From NCBI RefSeq assembly GCF_009914755.1, contig NC_060935.1: a stretch of DNA of 64,000 nt, one strand, 5' to 3'. Origin of the DNA: the human T2T-CHM13v2.0 reference genome, Homo sapiens. Position 1 is the stretch's first letter. Every line of letters begins with the position of its first letter. The translations under genes and the position numbers were made by a program. The notes under the pieces were generated by a model. It was not told where the DNA came from and made no database searches. It worked only from the letters and a program-made list of their open reading frames with translations. Below, one piece after another: positions 34,625-50,091 of the stretch.

Positions 34625-34980
34625 TGTCTCAATCTGTTGAGGCTGATACAAGAAATACCATAAACTGTGACTTATAATCAACAGGTTATTATAATCAACT
34701 TTGACTTATAATCAATAGCATTAATTTCTCTTACTTCTGGAGACTGAGAAATCCAAGATCAAGGCGCCAGCAGATTTGGTGTCTGGTGAGGGCCCACTTC
34801 CTGGATCATGGACAGTGGCTTCTCAAGTGGTGGAAAGGGCAAGAGGTCTCTCTGGGACTTCTTTTATAAGGGCACTAATTTTGCCCTCATGACTTAATCA
34901 AAGACCCCACCTCCTAATATTATCCCCTTGGGGGTCAGGACCTCAACATATGAATTTTGGGGAAACTTCAGACCATAGCA
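34625..34980 (-). mobile_element. MaLR solo LTR (MLT1A-like)
   Basis: TG…GACCATAGCA termini, 5-bp TSD CTATT. Confidence 0.8.
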
Positions 34981-35210
34981 CTATTGCATAGGGGAAAAAT
35001 GATGATTTCATAGTGGAAAAAAAAAAAAACCAACCCTAGAAGACACCAAATTGACTAGGTGACCAATATTAATATCACCAGGGGTGAGACAGTTTGACAT
35101 CATGCACTTCTTCATGTGATACATAGAGAAGACACAGCATCATTTCTGAGGTATTTCTGCCAAGAATGCATGATCTGACAGACATCCAACAGAATCAAAG
35201 GACTCTAGTC

Positions 35211-35649
35211 TTTTTTTTTTTTCTTCTTTTTTTTTATTATACTTTAAGTTTTAGGGTACATGTGCACATTGTGCAGGTTAATTACATATGTATACATGTG
35301 CCATGCTGGTGCGCTGCACCCACTAACTCGTCAGCTAGCATTAGGTATATCTCCCAGTGCTATCCCTCCCCCCTCCCCCCACCCCACCACAGTCCCCAGA
35401 GTGTGATATTCCCCTTCCTGTGTCCATGTGATCTCATTGTTCAATTCCCACCTATGAGTGAGAATATGCGGTGTTTGGTTTTTTGTTCTTGCGATAGTTT
35501 ACTGAGAATGATGGTTTCCAGTTTCATCCATGTCCCTATAAAGGACATGAACTCATCATTTTTTATGGCTGCATAGTATTCCATGGTGTATATGTGCCAC
35601 ATTTTCTTAATCCAGTCTATCATTGTTGGACATTTGGGTTGGTTCCAAG
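35211..35649 (-). mobile_element. 5'-truncated young L1 (L1PA2-like), ~440 bp
   Basis: Young 3'UTR features (GGGTGCAGCGCACCAGC, GGGAATATCACAC); GAG rather than ACA/ACG at the Ta-diagnostic site; TSD aaggactcta(g/c)tcttt. Confidence 0.9.
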
Positions 35650-36403
35650 GACTCTACTCTTTAAAACTGTCAAAGTCATAAAAGGAAAAAAACTGAGGAA
35701 CTCTTCTAGATTGAAGGAGACTAAAGAGACATGGCAACTAGATTTAATAAATGATCCTGGATTGGATCTCAAGTCAGAAATAAAAAAGATATTTTTGGAA
35801 CATCTCGTAAAAATGTGTATTGGGTCTGTGGTTTGGATGGTAGTATCTGCTGATGTTGATTTCCTGATTTGGATGGCTAGGTAAGGGAGTAATCTTGCAT
35901 GGCGGATATAAATTCTGGAGTATTGAGAGGTGAGGAGGCATTATGTTCACGATTTGCTCTCAAATGGATCAGAAAAAGAATAATGATAATGGATATAGAT
36001 ATTTATATATACACAAGCACATAAATATATAGTGAGGGAGAGGGAACAAACAGAACAAAATGTTAACTGGGGCATATAGGAGTTTGTACTTTCTTGCAAT
36101 TTTTCTACAAGTTTGGAATTATATAAACATAAATTATTTTAAAAAGTTAACATAAAAACCTATTCTTCATTTCTATTGAATGATAAATGTATACAATATC
36201 TGAATCTACAGATACATATATGTCTAAACACACGACTCTTACCTCACCATTTAACTACTTTAATGTACTCTGTTGTAATCTTAAAATATTTTGGCTTCAT
36301 TTCACATGAAAACCTCAGCAATAAGTGTTCCCACTATTTTACAAAGGGGAAAGATGGCTTGCTTTAAATCAAGTCAGAGGAAAACCTTTGGAGCTAAGGA
36401 CTA

Positions 36404-36754
<351 letters not shown>

Positions 36755-37179
36755 CTATATGTAAACACCACGGAACAAAATCTAATAAGTGAGTATTTCA
36801 ATATTTTCCTATACTGATCCATCAGTTTCGACCTCAAGTTCACCAATTCCACTTTCTCCTTTTATTAAAAATCTACCTTCAGAGAAAGGTCTCTTATCTC
36901 CTTCCCAAGTTTTATCTATAGTCACTTAAAAGTAATCAGATTTAAGAAAAAAAGTTATCTATTTTAACCAAATCTCCCTAAGAAATAATCTTTTTAAAAG
37001 TTGAAAAAAATAAACAGTAACACAAAATTCAGACTCTTGTTTCATAAAAGGACATTCTAGTCTGCCAAAACAACTTACCCATTTCCATCTATGGAAACAG
37101 AAGCACTGGAATAGATAAGTCTCTCAATTATTTTCTTGCTTCGGCACTCCTACAGGATATTACATATACTCATCAGTAA

Positions 37180-37182
<3 letters not shown>

Positions 37183-37213
<31 letters not shown>
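37183..37213. repeat. (TG)n microsatellite
   Basis: About 15 perfect TG units. Confidence 0.95.
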
Positions 37214-37215
<2 letters not shown>

Positions 37216-37307
37216 ATCCATGCGTGCATGGGACACACATCTCCTTACATATCAGAATCTTGGGAGGACAAGAGGAGAGACAAGCCACTTGAGATTCACA
37301 GGCTTAG

Positions 37308-37721
<414 letters not shown>

Positions 37722-38037
37722 CCACAGTCTTTTTAGTCAGAAAGGCTCAGTCTACTCTGAGACCGTCAATTTAGGGTTGCTTCTACAGTCAGTCAGGTGC
37801 CACATGAAATAAAAAGTCTCCACACAATGTGGGCTTGGTTTCAATAAATTGCTAAGATAGACATTTCAACGCACCTGCTCCCAATAGCTTTCTATGTGTT
37901 TACTGAAAGGAGCAATAGAAGTATTTAATATTAAATGTCAGGCACTGGTCCAACTGAGATCAAGACAGATCATGTACATTATATGCTGATGAGCAGAGGT
38001 AGAACTATACTTCAAATTTCCCTGATTTTAAGTTTCT

Positions 38038-38040
<3 letters not shown>

Positions 38041-38088
<48 letters not shown>
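38041..38088. repeat. (GT)n microsatellite
   Basis: 20 perfect GT units followed by an imperfect tail. Confidence 0.95.
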
Positions 38089-38206
38089 TATCAATATACC
38101 TCAGATATTTCAATGCACTGACCTCAGTCTAACTTTGAGGAAGATGGTTTTAAAAGCACAGATATATAGGAAGAAACCTACACACTTCAAACACATATTA
38201 ATATAG

Positions 38207-38582
38207 GGTATTAATCTGTTCTGCACTGCTGTAAAGGAATATGTAAGGCTGGGTAGTCTATAAAGAAAAAAGGTTTGGCTCACAGTTCTGCAGACTGTAC
38301 AAAAAGCACAGTGCCAGGATCTATTTCTGGTGAGGCTTCTGGAAGCTTACAGTCATAGTGGAAGGCGAAGGCAGAGCAGGCATGTCACAAGGGAGCAAGG
38401 TGGGAGGGGAGATGCCATGGCCAGTCTCATGTGAACTCACTCATTACTGTGAGGCGGGCACTAAGCGATTCATGAGGGATCCACCCTCATGACCCAAACA
38501 CCTCCCATTAGATCTCACCTCCAACTCTGGGGATCACATTTCAACATGCAATTTGGAAGAAACAAATATCCAAACTATATCA
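38207..38582 (-). mobile_element. MaLR solo LTR (MSTA-like)
   Basis: ggctcacagttctgcagactgtac…ccaaactatatca matches an antisense MST LTR. Confidence 0.8.
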
Positions 38583-39427
38583 TATGGAATATATGCTCTA
38601 GTCTGCTGCTCCTTTGGATTTAAATGGATTCAAAGGCAGAGATCTGCTAGGTCAGGGGGCTTCAAATGTGGAGTCCATGTGCTGTCATTCACTCTTCTCA
38701 CACCTATGACAGTGACTGATAATGGATTATGGCACTTGAGCCTAGCAGTTTCATAATACTTCTTGGTCCAGTGTTCCATGCAGCTGCTATTAATTTCTTA
38801 CAACTGACACATAAACTGAAACCTATTTGCCATTCCCATTCCTTTAAAGTTACAAAGATTTCTAGTAAAATAGTATCCATTCTGTTAGCCACCAGAAAGT
38901 TCTCTCTGCTTTGATAATGTTGGGAGTTGATGTGGAGAAAGGGTATGGGGCAAGGGACAGGGCATAATAAAGAACCCCAGGGTGTGAAATACACTCTGAT
39001 AATAAGAATACAGGTAAAGAAAGGCTTTAATAAAAAGAATTCCCAAGTTGTAGATAAGAAGACTGAGCCAGAAATTTGGGGGTGAAGACAGAGAAAGTAA
39101 ATTATGCTTAGGGAAAGAGGCACACATACCTCTCACTTACTATGTTTTCCTACTTTTGATCTAAAGCACTTTTTAGTGGTTGCAGAGTAGGGTAAATAGA
39201 AAATGGTGACCTAGGAATGGGGAGGTAACACACATGTGAGGCTGCCTTAGCACTGCTCAAACCTAATGCTTTCCATCGCCAACATTGTGACTTTTCACCC
39301 TGTTTTTATTCTTTAATATTCAGTTTTAAAATGTGGTATCTGCCCTCCCAATTCTTAGCTGCTCTACAAGTATATCAAATCCAGGTGTTTCTAGGTCATT
39401 TTGAATTGTATTTCTCTGTATTTAGTA

Positions 39428-39750
39428 CTTTTTGTTTGTTTTTTGAGACAGAGTCTCACTCTGTTGCCCAGGCTGGAGTGGGATCATAGCTCACTATAGC
39501 CTCGAACTCCTGGGCTCAAGCAATCCTCCCACCTCAGACTTCCAAGTAGCTAGGACTACAGATGTGTACCATCATGCCTGGTTTATTTTTAAGAAGTTTT
39601 TTGTTGTTGTTGTTGTTGTTGTTGTTGTTTTTAATAGATGGGGTCTCACTATGTTGCCCAGGCTGATATTGAACTCCTGGCCTCAAGTGATTCTCCCGTC
39701 TTGGCCTCCTAAAGTGCTATGATTACAGGCGTGAGCCACCATACCTGGCC
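39428..39750 (-). mobile_element. AluJ with (TTG)n expansion in the middle A-rich linker
   Basis: Diverged dimer; about 9 TTG units at 39600-39628. Confidence 0.85.
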
Positions 39751-40309
39751 TACTATTGTTTTAAATGCGGATGTGTAGTTCAGAAATGGATACTTTTGAG
39801 AAATGAATCTAAAGTGACTTGAAGACAGCAATTCCCTACCCTGTTTGCCCAAATCTTTCAGAGCAAGTTATTAAATATACTAGCCTAAAGCAAAATGCAA
39901 TGATCTCTAAAGATTGCTGTCATTTTTGTTTATAGTTAATCACATGTCAAGAGAATCATCAATAGTCAAAAATATTTTATAGAATTATGTAACTTAGTTT
40001 ATAAATTGCAAAGGTGAGTCTAGTGGTATGTAGTTTGTTTACTGTGACAACAAACATGTCACCCCTTTTCACTCTATTTCAACTCGATGTGTAAATGCCA
40101 CATTTCGTAACAAGAAAGCTCTTGGAGAAAAGAAGTTGTATTTGTTTCATCTCTGCATCCCTGAAAGTATCTAATACATTTAGATAACCCTTAATAAGCA
40201 TTGTTATTGAAACCTAAGAATTCCATTGAAATATTCAATTCTAGATCTTCAATTTTAGTCTTAGAGTTTCTTCTAACTGAAGACAGTAATAAGTTTATTT
40301 AGTATATGG

Positions 40310-40669
40310 CAGAGGTTCTCAAGGTAAGATCAAGGGACCACTGGGGGGAATCTCTGAGACCCTTTTAGGGGACCTGTGGGGTCAAAGTTATTTTTATAAT
40401 ACTAAGACATTGTCTGCCCTTTTAACTCCCACTCTTTCACAAGTATGTGGTATAGTTTTCTAGAGGCTGAATAACGTGATGATGCAATCGCTCTGACAGC
40501 TAATGAAATCTGTACTTGGGCATTCTTGTGTCTCTAAATTTTCTCAGTTTAAATTTCAAATACATTAAATACCAATAAGTATAACCTACATCAACAAAAG
40601 CTCTTTGATTCCTCAATAATTTTTAAGAGTGTAAAGAGGTCCTGAGACAAAAACGTTTGAGAACCTCTG
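40310..40669. mobile_element. hAT/Charlie-derived MITE
   Basis: Perfect 13-bp terminal inverted repeats CAGAGGTTCTCAA / TTGAGAACCTCTG; decayed 8-bp TSD gtatatgg / gtataagc. Confidence 0.8.
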
Positions 40670-41094
40670 GTATAAGCGATTGATATTCACTGTAAAAAGA
40701 ACAGGAGTTTACAAAATATACTTTATATAAACTAAGTGATTTTTGAGATGTTTTTCTTCAACCATTGTCAACTAAGGATATGAACTAAATTCCCCCTTTT
40801 TTTTTTTAAACTAAGAATGTTCTTTATGTAAAACAAATGACAGAGAGGTAAGCTTAATGTGATTTCCTATCAAATTCTGGAAAAGATGGTTAAACAAATA
40901 GCTTTGTAATTTAAAAAATACCAATAATCATCAGGAGCCAGCACAGGTTAAAATAAAAAAAAAAATCACACCAAAATGATATCACAAAGGTCCCTCCTAT
41001 TTTTTTTAAGCAATTAGAGTCAATAGATTACAGAACTGCCACAAAAGTTAAATATCTTGATTTCAGCAGGCATCAGTGGAAGTGACTCTGGATG

Positions 41095-41330
41095 AGTGAC
41101 AGTATTACACAGTGGTTAAGAGAAGGCACACTGGAGCCAGACTGGTTGAGTTCAAACTCCAGTTCTACCACTTAACTGCTTACCTGTGTGAGCTGGCAAG
41201 TTACCTCTCTATGCCTTGGTTACCTCTTTGGTAAAAGAGGGATAATAATAGCACCTACTACAGAGAGTTGGTAGGCTAATGAAAGCAAATTATTTAGATC
41301 AGTGCCTAGCATATACTCAGTACTTTACGT
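41095..41330 (+). mobile_element. MIR
   Basis: MIR core (gtggttaagag…ggagccagact…gttcaaactccagttctaccactta…gataataatagcacctac). Confidence 0.7.
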
Positions 41331-41757
41331 GTGTTTTTAAAAAAATATTGTCTTTGTTTCACTGATGTATTTCAAATATCCAGAACAGTGTTAGGCCCAT
41401 AGTAGACCCTCAATAAAAATTTTAAAATTAAATAACATCTTATTAATAGCAATAATGATGATGACTACTTTTCCATTTACTATGTGCTTACTATATACCT
41501 GGCAAAGTAGTGAGCATTTACTACGCACTATCTCATTTAGATTTCCTAAAGCAATCTGGGATACTTACTAGCAGCCTCATATTACAGATGAGCTAAGTGA
41601 GGCATACAGAAGGGAAATAATTTTCCCAAGGCTGCAAAACTGGTAAGCAGTGAAACCAGGAGTCAAACCAAATTTGCCTTGCTCAAAAAAACTTCTCTTC
41701 TTTAGCCATTATGCTGTGTGTGATTAAGAACAAGACTGAAAAAAATGTGGATTGGAT

Positions 41758-42092
41758 CAGCAGCCCCCAACCTTTTCGGCACCAGGGACCAGTTTCGTGG
41801 AAGATAATTTTTCCACAGATGGGTAGGGTGGGGTGGTTTTGGGATGAAACTGTTCCACCTCAGATGATCAGGCATTAGATTCTCATAGGGAGTGTGCAAC
41901 TTAGATTCTTCACATGCGCAGTTCACAATAGGGTTCTTACACCTATGATAATCTAATTCTGCTGCCCATCTGACAGGAGGTGGAGCTCAGGCAGTAATGC
42001 TCACTGGCCCTCGGCTCACCTCCTGCTGTGCGGCCTGGTTCCTCACAGGCCATGGACTGCTGAGGTCCAAGGCCCTGGGGTTGGGGACCCTG
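41758..42092. mobile_element. MER1B-like hAT MITE
   Basis: cagcagcccccaacc…ggttggggaccctg termini; 8-bp TSD gattggat / gattagat; 335 bp. Confidence 0.85.
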
Positions 42093-42953
42093 GATTAGAT
42101 GACAACTCTGTGTCATGAATAGATTTCACAGTTGAATAACAATGGCTAATTAATAGATGGGTAAACTTGGAAGTAGATCTTTACTTACCAAGTAACCAGA
42201 GGGCTCTATCCATTTCAATGACTTAACTAATCCCTGAAGGAATAAATAGTAGGAAAGCCTATCAAATTTATGGATGATACAAACATGGATAATATAGTTA
42301 ATATTATGGATGACACAATCAGCATTCAAATATTTCTCTAAAGATTGAAATGATGTAACAGAAATCAAGAGAATTACTTTTAAAGAAACAAAAACAAATA
42401 TATCCTGACTATAAAAAATCAGTGCAATATGTACAGGAAAATGAACAACTGGTTGATGGTTCCAATCTTATGTTCTCATCACATCGAATCATGTACTATT
42501 GTCTTTGCACTGGCTCTTCCCTTTGCTTAAGATGTCATTATAACTCTTCTTTGATGTCATTATACCATCTATCTTTTAAGACCCAACACAAATGTAACCA
42601 CGTCTGAGAAGTCTTCTTTACTCCCTGAGATGGGGTTGGTTATTCCTTCCCCTTTGTGCTACTACCACACTGTGTACATGCCTCTAACAGTACACATCTG
42701 TCTTCTTCATTCCTTAAGGGCAAGGGCTGTGTTTTTGTTGCCTTTTCATCTGGAGTCTAGCAGAGTTCCTGACATACAGTAAGCACTCTCTTCATGTTAA
42801 CTTCTATCATCATCAGCAGCAGCAGAATCTTCTGCGTTAACTTCCGAATCTACCTCTTTCTCCTTTACAACCCACAGCCCCAGGTCTTTATGGTAATAGC
42901 CTTACTGGTATTCTTGCTATTAGTATCTGCCTTTCATATTGCTGCCAGAGTAA

Positions 42954-43284
<331 letters not shown>

Positions 43285-44360
43285 AATCATTTTACTTCTT
43301 AATTCAAAGGTCTTTGATAGATCCCCATTGCCTGTAGAACAATTCTTAACAGTGGATACAACCCCATTCATATAACTTCCTAGAATCCAGCCTCATCTCT
43401 TGCTACACTCCAGCTGTACATTATACTGTAGAAATATTGAACTACTTCTATCTGTAGCCCAGAATTATTGTTGCCTCTATACTTGGAAAGTTCTCCATTT
43501 GCCTGTCTTCCAGGAAAACTAAATTTGATTCAATTCTATGAATTTTTACTGAGCGCTCTTCTATGCACTAAAACACAGTAGGAAACAATACACAGTTCCT
43601 CCTTTCAATGCCTTACATTCTACCAGGTGAGACAAAATAAGTCTTAACTTAAAAGCTACTTCTATAAAGCCTTTTGTGACTTTCCTTCTATTTCCTATGT
43701 TCTAATTACATTTGTACATACTGCCATTATAGTATTTTTTTAAAACTCAATATTTTCTTGTATTTATTTCTGAAACTTTTTGTTAAAGTATAACATGTAA
43801 ATGTGACTCTTCATAAGTCTTCAATGTGATTATACTTGGGTAATTACCACCCAGATCAAGATTTAGAGCATTTCCAACACCTCAGAAGGCACTCTTTCCC
43901 ATTCTATGTACACCCCTCACCCAAGATAACCATTGTTCTGACTTCTATTAGCACAGATTAGTTTTGCATGTTCTTAAGTATATAAATAGAATCACACAGT
44001 ATGTCATCTCTTGTGATAAGATTCGGTTGCTCTACCTCATGACCAGGATTAATCCATGCTGTGTGTAATACAGTCATAAAACAGAACACAATACTGGAGG
44101 GGAAATGAATGAACTACAGTTCTATGTATCAATATAGATACAATCTCAAAAATATAAACATCGGCAGGAAACATGATTCTATTCACATAAAGTAACAATG
44201 AGGCAAGAGAAGAAGATAAACAACATTGTTTATGGATAAATTCCTGTGTAATAAAACAATAAAGAAAAGCATGGGAACATTTAATATAACTACCAGCGTG
44301 ATGGATACATCTACAGGGCAAGAAGGAAGATGTTCACTTTATTATTCTTCTTTGAACTGA

Positions 44361-44659
<299 letters not shown>

Positions 44660-45116
44660 TAAACTGAGCATATTACTTTGTTATACTAATACGGGAATTA
44701 CAGCATTTATTCTTACAAAATACTTACTTGCCTGCATAGCTTCACTGCAAGCTCCCTGCAAAGAGACTGGTTTTTCATTTTTGTGTCCCTAGTACTTAAT
44801 GATGCAAACAGATTCCTGCATGAATACATTCAACAGATATATATGTCAGTTACTGTGCTAGATTCCAGGGATACAATTGTGAGCAGAAAACACAATTTTG
44901 CTTTCATGAAGTTTATAGTACACTAAAGGTAGGAGGAAAAGGCAAAGAGACAATACAATCAGGTATATAATTATAAATTACAAGGATTATTTTGAAGGAA
45001 AAAAACCTGACGCTAGAAGAAAATATAATAGAGGAATATGATATAGTTTGAGGAAGGATTCCCTAAAGAAGTAGATTTGGACTGGGATGTGAACCCTGAT
45101 TATGAGTTAAGAAAGT

Positions 45117-45417
<301 letters not shown>

Positions 45418-45529
45418 TTAAGAAAGTAAATGAGGATAGTGAAGAGAGGGATTGTTTTAGGCAGTAAGAGCAATATGTAAAAAGACCCTTGTGTAGTGGG
45501 GGAAATAGATGAGAATAGAGATAGGCTGG

Positions 45530-45990
45530 TAACAGCCGAAAAGTGGAAACAACCCAAATGCCCATCAACTTTTGAATGGGTAAACAAAATATGGTATATC
45601 CATATCAATATGACTATTATTCAGGTACAAAAAAAAATAAAGTACTATTACTAATATATGCTACAACATGAATGAACCTTGAAAACATGCAAAGTGAAAC
45701 AGTCTAGACACAAATGGGCCACATATTGTATGATTCCATTTATATGAAATGACCATTAAGAGGAAAATTCAGAGACAGAAAGCAGATTAGTGGTTGCCAG
45801 GAACTAGGGAGTAGGGAGAACACAAAATGACAGCCAATGGGGTATAGAGCTTTTTTGGGGGATAACAGAAATGTTCTGGAATGAGATAGTGGTGATGGTT
45901 GTACAACCTAGTAAATATAATAAAACCACTGAATTTTACATTTTAAAACGGTGAGTTTTATGGTATGTGAATTATATCTAATTTTTTTTA
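45530..45990 (+). mobile_element. L1MB-like 3' end
   Basis: gtggaaacaacccaaatgcccatc…tatggtatgtgaattatatct. Confidence 0.8.
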
Positions 45991-46008
45991 AAAAGAAGTG
46001 GGCAGAGA

Positions 46009-46398
<390 letters not shown>

Positions 46399-49300
46399 TT
46401 ATGTAGGGTACAATGTAGATGCTCCAAAATTACTTTCTGAACAAATGAAAATAATTACAGATAAATAACACTGGTACTCTGTCCTTAAGACTGATAGATC
46501 TTTGCCTTTTAATTTGAAACTATAATTTATCATTCTGTTTCCTAGAAAATACCTTCAGGTTGACCTAAGCTTTTGTTCAGAAACGGTTACTCCTCTCCAG
46601 AGGCTATTTTTCAGATGTGCTATCTTACCTGTAGTTATGTCTTGATGTCTCATTGAAAGATAATCCATGAGGACTAACCAGGGCTGGGATTCCAATACAT
46701 AGGATCAGAATAACTGTGGCACATGTATCTTAATGGAGAGCCCTGAAGAGGAACTCTTCTTGCCAAATAATACATATTTCCAATTATGCTGACAGATGAT
46801 AAATTACAATATCCATAAATGGGGGGTTATTCTGATTTCCAAAATGATAGTGCTGGCATGGAATTTCAGAAGCCCTGCAAACTTTCTCTGTTCTTGGCAG
46901 GGTTAAAGGCTATAAACTATATACCCCATGAGCATAAGGCCTGCTTACAGAAGTCAGGATGCTCTGACCAGTCATCCTCACTCCAGAGACCAGCAGTGCT
47001 TCTGTGTACCCAAGGTTCATCCTTTGACCAACACTTCTCCTTGGTGCTTTAATGGTTTTATTATAGTAACATTAAAAGATATTTCTATAAATTGGTAAAC
47101 AAAACAAAAATAAAACCCAGTTATCCTTTCCTTCAAAACTGATAGGTAATAATATTAAGGCTTTGTCCAGTGATTCATCTTATATGAAAAACATGGTTTT
47201 AATGATATACACACATATATACATATGCTACTACCTTTCATATAGATTTTCTTTGAAATCAATTTAAAATAGTGTACCTGGGGTATCACTTAGGTGGCTG
47301 GTCTTCTCAGACTCCAGATGTCTCCTCCTCATTGTCAGCACTAAGTTAATACTTGAACTGTCCAGTGTAGCCATGTCAAAATCAGTGTTAACAGTCTACC
47401 TACTCCCTTCAAAAACCTTATGAGAGACGGAGCTGCATTCCAATGTTTATTATCTTCACCTACAGACTTTCTCCCTCTTGGATCATGTTAGAATGGTTTC
47501 ATTTAATTTAATTTGGCTTTAAGTTATTTATATCAGGAATAAAAATCGGATTAGAACTGTGCAGAAAAGCTAGTTGGCATTTAGGTTTTGCCACCTCAGT
47601 TAATTTTTTAGAGTATGTGTCTGAGAAAGAAAGAGAAAAACACTGAGAGGGACAGAGACAAAAAGATGAATCTTTGTCTTAATTTTTTGAGGGTAGAGAG
47701 TATTTGTCCCATTTCCTTACTTCTTTGTGTGCCTTGCACAAAGTGGAACTTTAGGCAAAATTATCCTCCTTTAAGACACCACAGAATACAAGAAGCATCG
47801 AAGATATAAAAAACATTAAAAGACTAGAAAAAAGCCCAAATGTTAGAATCAATGAAATACGGTATGTTTTGACTAGTTAATTTAATAAGAAAACAAATAA
47901 AATGGCTTAACATGCAATTAAGTCAGAAATTATAAAGCCATGTCTGAAAATAGAGTTCAGCAAACTCCACACTATGTTATTTGTGATAAAGAAGCAAAAT
48001 TCTTAGGCTTAAGTGATTTATTGGATGAAGTTTAAACACACACATTGGTTATGCTAGGTACAACACGACCAAATACACACAAGTGAGACCTGACCCTCAT
48101 TATTACAGGAATAGGGGACTGGGCTCAGAAAAAGACTTGTCTGTGGCCAGGGACTATTTTAATCTGTGACTAAGCACCTCAGTGATGGAATATCATCTTT
48201 ATTGTATTTTGTGACATGATTACATCAGCCTGAGAACCACAATCAACAGTCATCAGAATACCAGTAAAATGAACCCAACTTGCTGTTTCAAAGTGGTTTG
48301 AAAAAGAAAACTAGAGGGAGGTACTTGATAAATGACTGATAAAGCAAGAAAACTCACTAAAGCCACAAATGGCTAAGAATGTTGAACAGATAATACATAT
48401 ACCACTTCCTTTCTTAACCCCAAAATTAATGCTAACAGTGCTCACCACCTCAAGTTTTTAACCAACAATAAATATTACAGAATCTAAGAACACTACCAAA
48501 ACCTAACAGTCTACAATCCAGTGAGTAAAAATACTTACAATTCTAATGTATGAAAATTGTCTTTTATCTAAAAGCCCTACAATAAAAGGTAATGGAAAAA
48601 TATCATGTGTTATAGAAAACTGCATTTAAAACTAAGATAACAAATAATCATGTGTTCACATTTTAACCTGGTTGGTTTTAAAAAATCAAAGCTACTTTAG
48701 TGGCATTTTAGAATTCTTTCTTCAAGGTCAAATTTTTTTCAACCTCACTTAAAAACTATTGCTAGCACTCTCATGGCTCTCTCCAAGATTAATGGAGCCA
48801 CTGGTTTCTTCTGTGCATTACTTTCACTCCCCTTTTCATAAAAGTCCATCCCTGTGAAATGCCACTGTCTGCTGCCACAGCCTGCCGACATCCCACTCAC
48901 ATACAAAGCCTGGTGAGATGCGAATTCTTCTATGAAGAAAAGACTTCCATGAAGAAAGGCCGCTGAACCTCTCCTTTCTCACTCATTTAACACCAATTTT
49001 GGGGTTAGGTATACAAAATGGGACAAAACATACCCCTAACCCCCACTGCCCTCATATTTGCCTTTGGAACCCAACCACAACATTGTGAGAAAGGCAATAC
49101 CAAGAAGCCAAGTGCAGAAGCTCCAGCTGACAGCCTCGGGAAGGTCTGAGTCAATAGGCAGCATTAATGAGAAACGTGAGATAGCAAGCCCTCAGAATTC
49201 AACCTTCACATTTGAGTTTCTCTAGCTGATGTGAGTGGTACGGAGATAAGTTATCCCTACTGACCCCCCTGCCCAAAGTATAGACTTGAAGGCAAACTAA

Positions 49301-49511
49301 ATGCTGTTGTTTTAAGCCACTGAGCCTTACAGTCATTTGTCATGCAGAGTAACACTATAAGTAACTGGAACAGGTCAAAATATAAAAATCAATCATATGT
49401 TTATATATTAATAAAAAGAACTGAAAGGAAAAATTAAAACCTAAATGTTACAGTAACATTGAGAAATATGAAATGCTTAGGAATAAATTTAACAAAATAC
49501 GTGAAGACTGC

Positions 49512-50091
49512 TGAAGTAGACAGAACTATAAAATGATCCCAGTGACCCTTGCCCTTGTATAATCCCCTTTCCTTTGAGTGTCAGTAGAACATAATCACTC
49601 TTGTGATTATGCTACGTTAAATGGCAAAAGGGAGATTATCTGCGATTACCTAATCACATGAATCTTTAAAAGCAGAGTTTTCTCTAGCTAGTAGCAAAAA
49701 AGTCAGAAATTCAAAACATGAACAGGACTGGACACACTACTGCTGGCTTGGTAATGGAGAATTATGTACAAAGGACCTGAGAGCACCTCTAGGAGCTGAG
49801 AATGACCCCAGCCTACAGCCAGCAAGAAAACAGAGTTAAGTCCTACAACCAGAAGGAACTGGGTTTTGCCAACAACCTGAATGACCCTGGAAGGAGATTC
49901 TTCCCCAGAATCTCCAGATAAGAATGCAGCCAAGGTGACATTTGGATTTTGGCCTTGTGAAACCCTAAGCAGAGAACCTGGCTAAGCCTACTTGGACTTC
50001 TGACCTACAGAACTGTGAGATAATAAATGGAGGTAGTTTAAAACGTCTAAGTTTGTGGTGATTTGTTACATAGCAACGGAAATCAAATATA
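49512..50091 (+). mobile_element. MaLR solo LTR (MLT1D/E-like)
   Basis: MLT1 motifs (gacttctgacctacagaactgtgagataataaa); 5-bp TSD ACTGC. Confidence 0.8.

Larger units (their letters stand above)
34068..36150 (+). mobile_element. Old L1MC/MD-like 3' region hosting an MLT1A LTR and an L1PA2
   Basis: L1M 3' motifs resume after each insertion; boundaries approximate. Confidence 0.6.

Noticed and set aside
43770-44330. Opposite-orientation old L1M fragments as a second inversion
   Set aside because: Too diverged to place on a consensus by eye and no TSD seen; two independent fragments are equally likely.
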